Positions 48,297-60,562 are shown, counted from the whole stretch's first letter. The stretch: DNA of 60,562 nucleotides, filler included, from Hausera hauseri (GCA_046269625.1; 10 parts of 10 records of this genome joined end to end with filler, not necessarily neighbours in it), one strand, 5' to 3'. Notes: a model not told the origin generated them from the letters alone. Numbers and translations: made by a program.

Positions 48297-48720
48297 ACAC
48301 TGATGAACGTCGAGATGTTTGTCGGCCTGTGGTTCTGGTAGTCGCTTACAGTGACTGGCATGAATCCAAGTTGCTCTCTCTGCAACTTTAACAGCCGTGT
48401 ACGTGACGGGGAGCACCTGAAATGGTCCCCGTCAGCGTCTGGAGTTCCAGTGCTTCAGTCTGAAGTCTTTTATCACGACCCAGTCTCCTGGTCACAAATG
48501 GTCGTGGAAGGGAGGATCTTCATGTGAGGTTCCAATCTCAAGGCAGGAGGCCTAGTTTCAGGCACAGTTTCACACAGATTGGAACAGATCCAATCCAAGC
48601 AGCGACAATGTCACACAGTGTCCGTGATTTTATAGCAGAAGGAGTTGTGAGGTATGGCCCCAACCCCCGTATGGTTCTCCAGGACAGACAAACAAGCAAA
48701 GACAAATGTAACAAGAAAAC
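48297..48720 (-). pseudogene. Fish endogenous retrovirus (epsilon-like) integrase C-terminus
   Basis: PGDWVVIKDFRLKHWNSRR*RGPFQVLPVTYTAVKVAERATWIHASHCKR. Confidence 0.85.
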
Positions 48721-51700
48721 AGAAAATTAAAATGGAGCATAAACTTAAAGTTATACCCAAAAGATCAGTTATGATTTCAGATTTTTGAAAACATGACAGG
48801 CTTGTAATGGGTACAGTCACCAGTTAGTTTCCCAATATTATGGCCATTTAGGTCCATCTAGGTCAAAGATAAAATCAACAGAAGTAAATACAAGTTGGAC
48901 AACATAAATAAGAGTCATGATAGACTAAATCATGGCAGAAGATCATCAAAATGAACTTCCCCTCTTTAAAACAGATAAATTCATTCAGCCCAGCAATGTA
49001 GTTCTAATCAATAATATGTTGTCATGGTGATAATCAACTCACTTTATGAAACGAGGTCTCGGTGTCCCACCTGGAAGGGTCCCTCCGGGTAAATCCCATC
49101 AGGTCAGTTGAGCAAAAAGCCCCTTTTTATTGTCATGTTAGAGCCGAGTTACCTCCTCACTGCATCTCGTCTTGTTCTGATGGCAAATAGCATTGTCCAC
49201 TGATTGATCCAAGGGTTCAGTCTTGGCCACGCCCCTACGAGAGACTGGACAGCTGTAAACCTGAGCTTGCTCTCAGCAGATAGACAGATCGGACACTTCT
49301 CACATATTTTCTCTGCAACAGGTTAGTTGTCTCAACAGACTTCAGGGCAGGACAGAGGCACAGGTACCTGTCTCCTCTTTCTCAAACCTTTTTGCAGATG
49401 TTGTCCACGCTACATTCCTGCAGCTCTCAGTGCACCAACCTTCACGCCAACATCTCCCAGGTGTCGATAGTTGTGAAGTTGTGCTAAGCAAGAGGTGTAA
49501 TCTGTCCACTTTGTCGGCAGTGAGAAAAAAGTTCTGAGGTGGCTGACCTTTAGGAATCCCGGATTGACCCTTTCTGTGGGAAACGTAAGCCTTTTGTTTA
49601 AAAAGAGAACACAAACAAAAGGGAAAATGAAGTTAGCAAACAGCTTCAGATAGGTGCCTCTTAAAATGTGCTTGTTTTGAACATACCTTATCTCTTCATG
49701 TTTTTTAAGAAACTTTTAAATTACACCTTAATTAGAAAAATGGAATAAGAGTAAAACAGGAAAATAATAAAATTAAAAACAGTAAAACTTCAAATCAAAC
49801 TTTTGTGGTTTCAAATTACTTTTCTCTTTTTGCAGCAACTGACAACCATTTCTTTGTTACACTGAACATTTCTTCCACAGAACTGAAAAAGAACAAATTA
49901 CTCAACCCAAAAAAAAACCAAATAAAATAAAATAAAGGATGGACAAACGCTTTAAATCATATGGAAGACAGTTATGTTTTTGGTTACCTTGTCTTCCCCA
50001 GAACTGAAATCTCCCACAGTCCTTAGTTTACTAAGAGTTAACAGAACAAACAAAAAAGTTTAGAGCAAACAGTGAGTATGGTTTGAATCTCTCTTGAATG
50101 CGTACCCCCATTTCAGGATTACTCCGAAACCAAAAAAGGCAAAATAACAAACGAGTGACCATTGGAAGGGCCGAGGCCCAGCTGGAACACTTGTTAAAAC
50201 ACCACTAACAACCACACTCAAACTGTTGTTAAATTAATAAAAATAAAATTAAAAGAGAGAAAAGAGAAAAAATAAAATAAAAATAAAAAATAAAAAAATC
50301 TGAATGTTTTAAAGATGTTCATTTGTCCTTATAATTTTGAGCCTATTATGTAAATTTTCTGATTTTCCAACCTCACAAATAAGCACACCGTAAGAAGAGG
50401 AGTTGGCAGAACTCAAAATTCTAATGCAACAAACTTCAGGACATTTTTAAGTTTTGGACTTCAGCTTTACTATTTTAGTGTTGCTTTTGAGTTTGCCAGA
50501 CTTTGATTTGGGTGCAGTAGACAGAATTTCTACATTTTTGTAACTCAACCAAAACTTGCAGGAACCCAAAGTTCCAGATTGCAAGAACCCTAAATGCTGA
50601 GTTTATTTTTTATTCTTTTTTTTTCTCAACATAAAAGTAGCAGTAACTAAACTTTAAGTTGTACAACCCATGAATCTTATATTTCTCCAATTGTATTATA
50701 GTTTGCAAACACTTAACCAGATTCTAACAACTATCATTAGTTATTACTGTGAACTTAACTATGAGTTATAGTAACTTAAATTTTTACATTGCAGCAACTA
50801 TTTATTTTTTATTAAAAACAATAGGTGGAATATAATCTGCTAATATTTATAATATTAGCATCCACCGTGTGTCAGGACAGCATCTTAGTGAATCATTAGG
50901 GTTAGTTCTTGAACACAATTATCTGTCCTGGCCATCTTCCTTCCATACACCTGTGACACAGACCTTTCAGTCATGGTGTCAGATACAGTCAGGAATCAAA
51001 CCTTCAACACAAATGTCTAAAGATTGTTATCTTCCATCAACTCTTTAACAAAAACAGCTGAAACCTGTAAGAAAGTTTTAAATCAGAAATTATGTCGCTT
51101 GCGCACAAGATATATTTTCACACAAAAAGAAAATTCATTATGACCGTCAGCTCTGTGGTCCTGTAAATAGAGATCATTAATTTCACCACTTCAACATAAA
51201 ACTTTTACCGATTTGCATTTTGTAATTCAAATCTTTAGTTGAAGTCTGCCATTCAAACCTGTGGAATATTTGTTATACAATCAAAAAAAAATCATAAAGT
51301 TAAATGTTAAACACGTTATACATTTTCTTTCAAACTTGATTACTACAGTTGTCCTCTGTTTCTCCTGTAATAAAATGCACCACACCCACATTTGTGTTTC
51401 CATTAAACTTGTCCATGTAGGTTGTTTGCTGACCTGCAAGAATGCTGATCTGAGTTCTCATCACAGATCAGAGTTCTCACAGAATCAACTCACCTTTCAA
51501 TGGAATTGAACTGTGTGTGCCCTTTAAAATGAACCTTTTTAGCATACATATACCACATTAGGACTATCACACATTATATACATTTTTAAAACCTTAATAA
51601 GTCATCTCAGTCGGTCAGATTAGTGTCAGTCAAGTCTTTTCTTTCCCCCCTTACAATTCAGATTCTTTGATTGACCAAAAACCCCATTTCAGTTCCTGTA

Positions 51701-52199
51701 AAACAAAAAAAATGTCATCAATATCAAATCATATGCAAAAAAAACAGTAAAACACTATTAATTTATTCTTCACCCCAAATTCATCTACTCATTCTGTGTA
51801 GTTGAATTTATCTAATATTAGACTTTCACGTGGGTTTTGTTTTTCTATAAGTTTCAACTTTTTCCTTTCAAAGCTTGAATTGAAATAAATTAGTTGTTTA
51901 GATTCATTTTCTCTTTTTAAAAGTTCTTTTTAAAAATTCTTTTTAAAATTTCTGCTGCAGCAAAGTCCAATTAATATTTCTTATTTAGCCTGTAACAGAT
52001 TTTCAATCTGTTTGAGTTTATGTATATCATTTCCACCTCCTGAATTTATACACAAAGTCATATTTTGTTGGGAGACTGCATCTGTTTAAGATAGTTCAAT
52101 ATTTACCAACAGTTAGCTAAACCACATCTGTGTACTCTCCCGACTAAGTAACCTGTTAGCTGTTTCAACTTGTCTTTGTGAAAAATTTTCTCCAACTTA

Positions 52200-52524
52200 A
52201 GATCCTGTACAAATCTCCACTCCTGTTTCTCACCAGGAATGCAAGCTTTCTTCACAGGAAATATTGGTGATCGAACCGGAGAAACATGACACGGAACAAT
52301 AATGCCAGCTTTCTGCAGAGCATCAAAAACTGGTTTAATGACTTTTAACAGCTTCAGGTTTGAGAGGGTATTGTTTTTGACATGGTCGGTAATTAGATTT
52401 AGGGGTAATTTAACACTGGTTCACATCCTCTAATTAGACTAACGTCATATTTGATTTTTTACCCAAAAATCTGTAGGAACTTCAGATAGAGTTTTAGTAG
52501 GGAAGACAGATCTGTTTCTGACAA
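52200..52524 (-). pseudogene. Fish endogenous retrovirus RT N-terminus
   Basis: YDVSLIRGCEPVLITPKSNYRPCQKQYPLKPEA...IKPVFDALQKAGIIVPC..SPVRSPIFPVKK. Confidence 0.85.
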
Positions 52525-52624
52525 NNNNNNNNNNNNNNNNNNNNNNNNNNNNNNNNNNNNNNNNNNNNTTAATTAATTAANNNNNNNNNNNNNNNNNNNN
52601 NNNNNNNNNNNNNNNNNNNNNNNN
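52525..52624. other. Artificial contig spacer
   Basis: 44N-TTAATTAATTAA-44N. Confidence 0.98.
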
Positions 52625-52692
<68 letters not shown>

Positions 52693-52710
52693 TATCATCA
52701 TTATCATCAA
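52625..52710. repeat. (ATC)n microsatellite
   Basis: Direct reading; it lies at the contig edge. Confidence 0.97.
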
Positions 52711-52732
52711 TATCATAAGCATCATCGAGATC

Positions 52733-53830
52733 ATGAGTATTTACATGGTATTGCCGAGCAACAGTTGTCCGACGACTCGTCCGAACAATTTCGCTAGTGA
52801 ATACGTTGTAGATTGGAACAATCATTTGGATTTATCAACTAGACAATGGGACGTTGTACTGAAGGAATTTAACTTTCCCTCCGCACCGATGATATTGAAA
52901 GGTAGTATGAAAATAACGTACACCAAGACTGTTACTGAAACCAAAACACATTCGTGTCCTCTGATACTTACTAACAATAAAATAACAGTTGGAGAATCGG
53001 CCATTTGCACGACGAAAGCAAATTACGGTTCACACTGCAAAATCGGTGTTTTTATTTTACATCAAAACTTATATTTTGTGGCAGATTTTGAATTTACCGT
53101 TACCTTTAAGTCCTCTGAGGTGGCGCAAAATTTTGGATTCAAAAATACAGAGTACAAAGGTCAACATATTAAAAGTAAATATGTGGTTGGTCCAAAATTA
53201 AGTCCCGTATATTACCAGACAACGGAGAAATTTACCTATACAACAGTAAGGCTGTCCACGTCATACGTATCGATTAAAAACAATATCTATTTCGAATCTG
53301 TAGCACAGCTCTGTCAACACTTTTCTTCTTCTTCTTCAGATCAAAAGTACAAGGCGATATTGAAAGTTTTCGAGTCAGATACCAATGGGTACATTAAATT
53401 TGAACTGGCTAAGGATAATGTCTACATTTCATTGGAAAAAGCTTTGGCCATGGTTTTGGGTTTTGAAAAACAGCGGTTTGAGGCATCAAAGTCGGCGGCG
53501 GCGGCACGTGTTGAAACACTTAAACCCAAACTGAAAACGGGACTAAGTCAAATGTATATTTACGTGAATGTCACCGAACCGATTTTGGTCGGTTGAGTAC
53601 GTGTACCGCTACTCCATGCAATTTATCCGGAAAGCAGCAAGTATACTGCTGGCGAAAATGTCACTGTCAAGCTCGATAATCCAATGTATCTACCTGTGGT
53701 ATCTACATCTATAAACAATTTTGAAGTGAATATCCGATGTGACGTGGAGTAACTTATTAAATTTCCGTTCGGTACAACAATTAGTCTAACGCTTCATTTT
53801 CGTCAAATCCAACAACAACAATATGATTGA
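52733..53830 (+). pseudogene. Polinton/Maverick minor capsid (penton-like) protein with in-frame stops
   Basis: N-terminal YMVLPSNS...NFASEY...WDVVLKEFNFP. C-terminal MYIYVNVTEPILVG*VRVPLL...NPMYLPV...LTLHFRQ. Confidence 0.85.
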
Positions 53831-54187
53831 TTCTGAAATCGCTTCCATTTACAGTAAACCACAGCAGGGCGAGGAACTGCCGTATTTCGTTGGTAAACAG
53901 TATGGCTCTGGATGGTTGCGTACATTGGCACGTTTAGCATATCCGGTGTTAAAGCGTATCGGTGCCGTGGCAGCAAAAACAACACAGGACGTACTATATG
54001 AAATCAAATCGATTTTACCATGACTGAAGGAACACGCCTTGTCCGAATTAAAAAGAGTTCCACCGGGAGTCGTTTATTCAGTCAAAAACAATTCACTGGC
54101 ACGGACTTGATGATGAAAAAACGCCGTAGAGCATCATCGACCTCATCAACTATAAACAAACGTCGTCGTCGTACGATTTTCGATTGA
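53823..54187 (+). pseudogene. Polinton basic core-like protein
   Basis: FVGKQYGSGWLRTLARLAYPVLK (QxGxG protease-site motif) and an Arg-rich end KRRRRTIFD*. Confidence 0.75.
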
Positions 54188-54189
54188 CA

Positions 54190-55398
54190 TTGTATCAGCA
54201 AAATCTGAATTGTGTATATTTGACAAAGGCGCGCCATAAGTTGTTATTGACAATGCGGCATTTGAAGAAATCTACCCCGTTGATTCGGTTTCAATGGATG
54301 ATAACATTGACATTCAATTCAGCATTATGGCATCGGACAATGAACACGTGGATTTGAACGATAGGTTACTCTATGTATAAGTCATTGTTAAAAAGGATTC
54401 GCCAACGGTTCTCGCTGCAACAGACACTGTCACACCGGCCAATTACTTTTTTCTCATACTGTTCCAGGATGCTACACTGACTCTGCACAGCGTCAAAATC
54501 GAATGCAACACCAGTCTGTACAGTATCAAAGCACTCATTGAAACGGCTCTAAATTACAGCGCAGACACGAAAACGAATCATTTGACGAAAACCATCGGAT
54601 ACGATGCCACAGCGGCAAACCATCAGGCATTGGTGGCAGAATCAAAGCCGCTTATAATGTGTGGACCGCTGTACTTTGATATTTTCGATCAGCCCAAATA
54701 CCTAATGCCCGGTGTTAAAGCCATGATTCAGCTCAAACGCAGCGGCAATGTCTTTTGTCTGAAAACCACCGTTGCAAATCTCAAACCCATATTGAAAATT
54801 ACCGAGGCACAATTATACGTACTTCGTTTAAAGCTAGAACCATCCGTGCTCATGGGACATCGATTGGGCTTGGAAACGCAGAATGTCTGTTATCCGATAC
54901 AACGCACAGAACTTGTGTTTTATACCATATTCAAAGGTTGGACAACGTTTTACAAAAATGAACTGTTTGCGACATCAGATTGCCGAAATTTGTGCTCGTT
55001 ACATTTCAAGCGACCACTCAACAAACGGGCAGTTATACCACCGATTCGGAAACGTTTACACATAGTAATGTGAATTACATCAGTTTGAGTCGAAAAGTGG
55101 ATTTCGTTGAGACGTACAAACAAGACTTTGAGTCTAGTTATTACGTTTGCACATATATACAATCTATAGTGCGCAACATGCGTTTGCTCAACAAAAACAT
55201 CAACAATGGCATGCCGATGAATTTGCTCAAGTCCACCTATCCATTCTTCTCAATCGTACTGGCTCCGAATTACTTCAGGGAAACCTACGACTGGAGGTTC
55301 ACTTTGCTAAAGCGTTGGAGCAATCTACCGTGATGTACATTTACGGTGTATTTGATGCCGAGGTTGAAATAACGAAAAACGGAACCGTCATTGTATAA
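54190..55398 (+). pseudogene. Polinton/Maverick major capsid protein (double jelly-roll), disrupted
   Basis: AKSELCIFD, GPLYFDIFDQPKYLMPGV, YPIQR, PKFVLVTF and GNLRLEVHFAKAL...EVEITKNGTV. Confidence 0.88.
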
Positions 55399-55499
55399 AT
55401 GATATCCGGTGTGTCTCACCCTTTCTTCTTCTTTGTCGTACTATTAAGTAATTTTTTACTACTATTACTATTATACTTAATTCACATTTATCTCCACTG

Positions 55500-55845
55500 A
55501 GCTAAGTCACTACAGAAAAGTGCTCTTCCGCGTGAAATTTCGTGGCGTGTTTCCACTTACCGTGTGCCACGTGATTTACGACAAACCGGCGGCTTTATTG
55601 TCATTATAACCACTTCATCGTTGCCGGGCGAACATTGGATTACTGTTTACGTTCACCATCCGACCAACGTCGTCAGAGTATTCGATCCGCTTGGATTTTA
55701 CTATCCGTCATCGTTAGTTCCTCAAATTGAACGGCAATCATCATCATACCGTGTTGAATATAATCGAGTTCATCATCAACATCCAATGACTATGCTGTGC
55801 GGACATTACTGCTTATTGTGGCTTACATTACAATCACTTTTGTGA
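55500..55845 (+). pseudogene. Polinton adenain-like cysteine protease (start region damaged)
   Basis: FRGVF, PGEHWITVY, FDPLG and HQHPMTMLCGHYC (His/Asp/Gln/Cys catalytic set). Confidence 0.88.
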
Positions 55846-56454
55846 AACATGTGTTATTTTATTGTTGTTGTTTTGTGTACCAAAGAAGGAACAAATCTTG
55901 AGAAATAAAGTGGGGGGGGGACTATATTCGACAATTGGTTAGCTGAATTCTGCGATTGTCTAATGAGTGAATTAAAACAATTTTCGTTGACTAAAACAAA
56001 AAAATTATCTTGTGAATTATATCAACAATTTCGATTTGACGAGATGTTGGCAATTATTAATTATTGGAATAAATATCTTTTCGTACTTTGGATATTGTCA
56101 ACATTCGATTTGGTTGATAATCGACTTCGATTTGTGTATCTAATGTTTTTGTTATCTTTATTTATGTGCTACATTCGAAAATGTTGTCGACAGTCCTAAA
56201 ATTGGACATTTTCAATGGGGTCAGTTTAGTGTTGCATGTTTATTTTGTGGAATGCCTAATTTTAGACTTGATTATTATGCCGTATTTGGGACATTTGCCA
56301 TTCTTATAAACTCGAATTTATAAACTTTACGTCAAGGAAATTAATTATTAAGAAAGAATTATTTTTACAGATTATTGCAATGACAAAAAAATCAGTAAAA
56401 TACTATATAACAATACATGAAATAAAATTTATGTTTGGTCAGTACTGCACCTTT

Positions 56455-57500
56455 GCGTTTGTTCTTTCGTTTGTTCGTTCGTTTGATTGCATTTTTCACC
56501 CCGATCCATTGGTCTGATCGTGAGGCGGATATAATGTGAAATTTTCCCCAACTTATGGGCAATGTAACAGATCAATTTCCATCACCGCAGACTTGAACAT
56601 GGGAAAATTTTATCCATTTTAAATTTTCCAATCGATTTTTTCCCATGTTCCCATGGTCTTACCGAGTTATGAAAGTGTCCATTGCAAATGCCAGTATCGA
56701 TTTAACTCTTGTACACATTTTCTCAGTGCTAGCTACATACTTCGCGTTACACGTGGAGCATTTCCAGTTTTGATTCTTCCTCTTCTAGCGCCTTTTCTTT
56801 ACATTTATCGTATACCCCACCTGTATCAACTTTTGCTCACCTCGTCAAGGGCTATCGATGTCGCCTGGTCCAACGTCCATTGCTCGACCTACTTTTAGGC
56901 CGGGGGCGGTGGGTGGGTATCCGACATTTTATTGAAATGTTCAAAATTCGTAGTACAAAATAAAATCCTCACGACATTTTACAAAACAAACGAACGGACG
57001 CATTTACAACGATGATTATTTTGATTTTTTAACAATGCCTTTTCTAGTTCGTTTGTTCGTTCGTTCGTTGCATTTTTCGCCCCTATCTGATCGTGAGGCG
57101 GCTATAATATGAAATTCTCAACTGCTGATGGGCTACGTGCTCAAACCAATTCTACAGCCAACAGACTTTAACAGTGGGAAATTTTTACAGTTTGAAATTT
57201 GACAGTCAATTTTTCCCCATGTTCCCATGGTCGGACAACGTTGAAATTAAGCGCATTTGATTTTCCGATATTAATTTGACATTTGCACCAAACATTGAGC
57301 AATTCGTAACTCGTATTTTGTTTTTCATAATACATTTCCTGTTTTGCTTCTTTTGCGTCTAGCGCCACCCAGTAAAATTTTGGATTCTTGCGGCGCCAGA
57401 AAATTTTTCTCGCCTCATCAAGCTCTATCGATTTCAATCGGTGGCATGTGCGACATATGACATGTGCTTCTGCCTCGGGTGGGGGGTCACCGGCCACAAA
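56455..57500. repeat. Two diverged direct copies (period ~585 bp) of a repeat that begins with a TTCG microsatellite
   Basis: ttcgtttgttcgttcg..gcatttttc.ccc, tctgatcgtgaggcgg and cccatgttcccatggtc each occur twice. Confidence 0.8.
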
Positions 57501-57599
57501 ACATGAAATGATCAGAATTGTAAGATAGGTGGGGAAAACTTTGTCTGAGTTCCATCTGAGCACTTTTCGGGAAGTGTGGTAGAGAGCGGACTTTTACCT

Positions 57600-58244
57600 A
57601 CTAATTCAGAATTCAAGTGCAGAAGTATCATTAATTGTGAGATTAAAACTAATAAACCAATTTATGTTGATTACCTAACTAGAATAAATTTTGAACACAT
57701 CATTCCTGAAGGAACACTTTATTCAAACTCAATAGGAAATTTGGCATACAAACCACATTATATAATAATTGGATTTAAAAATCCAAATAATGACTTTAAA
57801 ATTAATAATGCAAAATTTATTCAGAAACAAGCAGTTGGAGCAGGTACTGCTGCCAATCCTGAAGTTGACAATAAATTACTATCAATTCAAATTAGATTAA
57901 ACAACACTTATTATCCAATCAATCCAATTCAGTTTGATGTGACAAAGAATAATATTGCACTTCCATATCAAGAATATGTTAAGTTGTGTAAAAAGTTCAA
58001 GGTTGAACCACAATTAAATGCAAGAGATTGGAAAGATTTATATTCTGTATTTTGTATTGATACAAGTGATTCAGATGATAATTTAGCCATAAATTCAGTA
58101 AATGCATCAGTCATTTTAACAAAAGATACTAATTTTAAACCAAGAATGTATGTTTTGATATTAGAAGAATGTAAAATTAAAATGAATATAAATGGAATGC
58201 AGATTACGGTTATTGAACCAGTAAGAGGTGATACACATGCTTGA
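57600..58244 (+). CDS. Second Polinton/adintovirus-type major capsid protein, C-terminal part (5'-truncated)
   Basis: KPHYIIIGF, IQIRLNNTYYP, YQEYVK and LYSVFCIDTS, with the frame open to the stop. Confidence 0.8.
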   Translation, partial: TNSEFKCRSIINCEIKTNKPIYVDYLTRINFEHIIPEGTLYSNSIGNLAYKPHYIIIGFKNPNNDFKINNAKFIQKQAVGAGTAANPEVDNKLLSIQIRLNNTYYPINPIQFDVTKNNIALPYQEYVKLCKKFKVEPQLNARDWKDLYSVFCIDTSDSDDNLAINSVNASVILTKDTNFKPRMYVLILEECKIKMNINGMQITVIEPVRGDTHA

Positions 58245-58356
58245 GATTAAACTATTTTATTGTTTTGTAAAGCGGTGACTTTTTCACATTATTTTTTTAT
58301 TCTTTTATGATTGAGGCGAAGCCAGTGCCAAAGGCACTAAAATTCTGAATATAAAA

Positions 58357-58881
58357 ATGAGTGAAATTGAAAAACAACTCAGAGAAATTATTGATAATAC
58401 AAATCCAAAAACTATAAAAATTAATGGTATAAAATATTATATTAGTAAAAAAATTATTAATGATATTAAAGAAAAAGAGGAGAAAGAAGGTGGTATTCTT
58501 CCATTAGTAGCTTTAATTCCTTTAATTACTGGTGCTATTGCAGCAGCTGCAGGCACTGCAGGTGGAGTTGCAACTGCAGTTAATCAATCAAAACAAGCAA
58601 AGAAAACAGATTTGGAAGCAGAAAAACTTAAAGAAGAATTGAAACAAATGAGAGAAAAAAATGGTGCAACTTCGTCCAATAAGGGGGAGGGCTTGCATCT
58701 TGATCCATATCAAGGAAGAGGTATAGGAAAATTTTTAAAAGAACAAATCAAACAAGATGATTCTTTAACTAATGATGAAAAAGAAAAATTTTATAAAGTA
58801 TTGAGGGCGTTTAATGGTGGATGCAAGTGTGTTAATGAAGGACATGGAGTAGTTCTCAATCCTTTACCAAAGCATAATTAA
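58357..58881 (+). CDS. Polinton/adintovirus core/membrane-active-type protein (pX-like motif)
   Basis: KEGGILPLVALIPLITGAIAAAAGTAGGVATAV and the GxG motifs KGEGL / QGRGI. TATAAAA lies immediately before the ATG. Confidence 0.78.
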   Translation: MSEIEKQLREIIDNTNPKTIKINGIKYYISKKIINDIKEKEEKEGGILPLVALIPLITGAIAAAAGTAGGVATAVNQSKQAKKTDLEAEKLKEELKQMREKNGATSSNKGEGLHLDPYQGRGIGKFLKEQIKQDDSLTNDEKEKFYKVLRAFNGGCKCVNEGHGVVLNPLPKHN

Positions 58882-58904
58882 TCAGTATAATTATTATATA
58901 AAAA

Positions 58905-59792
58905 ATGGAAAATTATTTAGATTCTAGAAGAGAATTATTAATAAAAGTGATTAAAAATTATGATGAATATAATAAGCAAGCAATACAAGTTAAAAATCAA
59001 AACATTTTAACAGATGAAGAGATACAACATTTTCAAAAACCCGTAACAAAAGAATTAGACTTCATTAAAAAATCGATGGAATCAAAGATTCCTGTGCAAA
59101 GCACAATTGATAGACAAACTGAAATAATAGATAAAGGGACTTCATCCACTGAAGATAAATATCCAACTCTTTATACACCTTTCCATCTTGAACAGTTTGA
59201 AATAAATGAGAAAATTAAAAATGTTAAATCAATAATTCCAAAATTAGGTGAACAACAAGTTAGAGGTATAAAATATCAAACAATAATTATTAATGAAAAT
59301 TCTTTTATTTTAACGAAGAATGAAGAAGACAACATTGAATACATTTGTAATTATGATACATCCTCTAAAAATTATATTCCTCGAGAATTTTCTAATGAAT
59401 TACTTAATTTAATTACTGGTCATGGAAGCACTAATGAAAATGAAATAAATAAATATTACAAAATTTTAAAAGAAGCTCATGTTTTTTCACAAGCAAAGAA
59501 ATCAGCTTATTTAAAGGAGTTAAGTAATATAGTTAAATTTGATAATGAATTAATTAAAGAACAAATTAAGAGAGGTGAAGGCCAAAATCGGAGCTTCGCT
59601 CATTCTCCGATTCAGTTATTCATCGATTTGTATAAATTTATTGCTGCAAAAAAGGCCGGACATAATAATGTTGATAAAGATATTAAGAAAATTATAAACA
59701 AATTAAAAAGATTAAAAAGTGGTAGCGAAGCTCCAGTCAAAGACTCTATAAGTGGCATCAAATATAATAAAATAATTAAGAAATGTCTGTAA
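58905..59792 (+). CDS. Polinton/adintovirus conserved hypothetical protein
   Basis: Intact 295-aa ORF. RGEG is followed by LFIDLYKFIAAKKAGHNNVDKDIKKIINKL, resembling the L..L.ASK.AGN...NEI..I...L motif of these elements. TATAAAAA precedes the ATG. Confidence 0.7.
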   Translation: MENYLDSRRELLIKVIKNYDEYNKQAIQVKNQNILTDEEIQHFQKPVTKELDFIKKSMESKIPVQSTIDRQTEIIDKGTSSTEDKYPTLYTPFHLEQFEINEKIKNVKSIIPKLGEQQVRGIKYQTIIINENSFILTKNEEDNIEYICNYDTSSKNYIPREFSNELLNLITGHGSTNENEINKYYKILKEAHVFSQAKKSAYLKELSNIVKFDNELIKEQIKRGEGQNRSFAHSPIQLFIDLYKFIAAKKAGHNNVDKDIKKIINKLKRLKSGSEAPVKDSISGIKYNKIIKKCL

Positions 59793-60562
59793 CAAAAAAC
59801 AATTTTAGAAAGTGTCATGATCATGGAGTAGATACAAAAACAAGTGAGGGATGGATTTCCTCCTGAAACAAACAATTATGTACGGGATGTTAAAAATAAG
59901 AAAAACACAGTTTAAAGCTATCCAATGTTTTATTTTTCTCTAAGATTTTGGGTCATTTCATGATGAAATCATCAATATCACGAGGCTTTCTATAGAAATG
60001 TTCGTGGATCCCAAGAGAAACATCATTTGACCGTGCTCACTGATAGGTCGAGTTTTCAGAATTGCTTCAGTACGTTGTAGTGTGCTTTGCTTGCCCGTTA
60101 TCAGTAACTCTCCTGTACCTTAGTCAGTACTTCGTCTTTTTCTATGAACAGTACGCACGTATCAGTGACTTCGCTGGCATGTTTCTCATGGGGGAAAAAC
60201 CGTGATACGTCGGGAAAGAAATCTCAAAGTGAACGGCATTTTTTTAAAAAAATCCCGGAAAAGTTATCGAATTTGGAAAGAGAATTTCAGACATGGAAAA
60301 ATCATGAAATATTTGTCTTCTGCGTTGAAAGTGTTCTGGCCATGCAAGATCAACAATCCAGTTACAAGACACTTTCCACAGTTTTCTTTAGATAAAGATG
60401 TGCACAATTTGCTTCGCGTCTGTTCTCATCCACCCAAAAAGACCTAAATGCGTATAATGGTAATGTGAATTTGGTGCCCGCATGTTTATTGACCAACGGC
60501 TTATATGAAACGTATAACAAAAGGCTGGCTTTATACTTGTTAACAGAATTTCTCCAGTGCCC

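Noticed and set aside
5769-52624. Regularly recurring TTAATTAATTAA flanked by Ns, as a possible biological repeat or array
   Set aside because: It is an identical 100-nt construct with six-frame stops, i.e. a contig-joining linker. Cross-spacer gene neighbourhoods were therefore not interpreted.
52577-52825. Poly-Asp ORF
   Set aside because: It is a translation of the (ATC)n microsatellite running into the spacer.
57168-57563. 131-aa ORF with a signal-peptide-like start
   Set aside because: It lies in one unit of the duplicated repeat, and the sister unit has multiple stops in the equivalent region, so it is probably a chance ORF.

Overview
This window is not one locus. It is ten eukaryotic contigs joined by an artificial 100-nt spacer (44 N + TTAATTAATTAA + 44 N) at 5769, 10190, 17437, 21722, 29306, 34498, 41997, 48197 and 52525, so adjacency across a spacer means nothing. 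Almost all recognisable content is decayed mobile or viral DNA. It includes several Ty3/Gypsy LTR retrotransposons (one short-LTR family on three contigs), Polinton/Maverick pieces (protein-primed PolB and two different capsid modules), a pogo/Tigger DNA transposon with TIRs, and a PTCD1-like pseudogene fragment. Two contigs (21822-29305 and 48297-52524) look like teleost fish DNA (Sushi-type gag, fish Tc1, fish MITE, epsilon-like ERV), while the others look invertebrate, which suggests a fish parasite or associate with host carry-over. Two signals stand out, both retroelements with unconventional membrane-protein cargo. (1) At 5869-9700 a chuvirus-like glycoprotein lies BETWEEN a gag-like region and the aspartic protease (gag-env-pro order). 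(2) At 29406-34497 a Gypsy integrase reads in frame through an internal signal peptide into a fibronectin-III-like type I membrane protein, followed by another unknown ORF. All family assignments come from recognising motifs by eye; no searches were run, and the boundaries of decayed genes are approximate.
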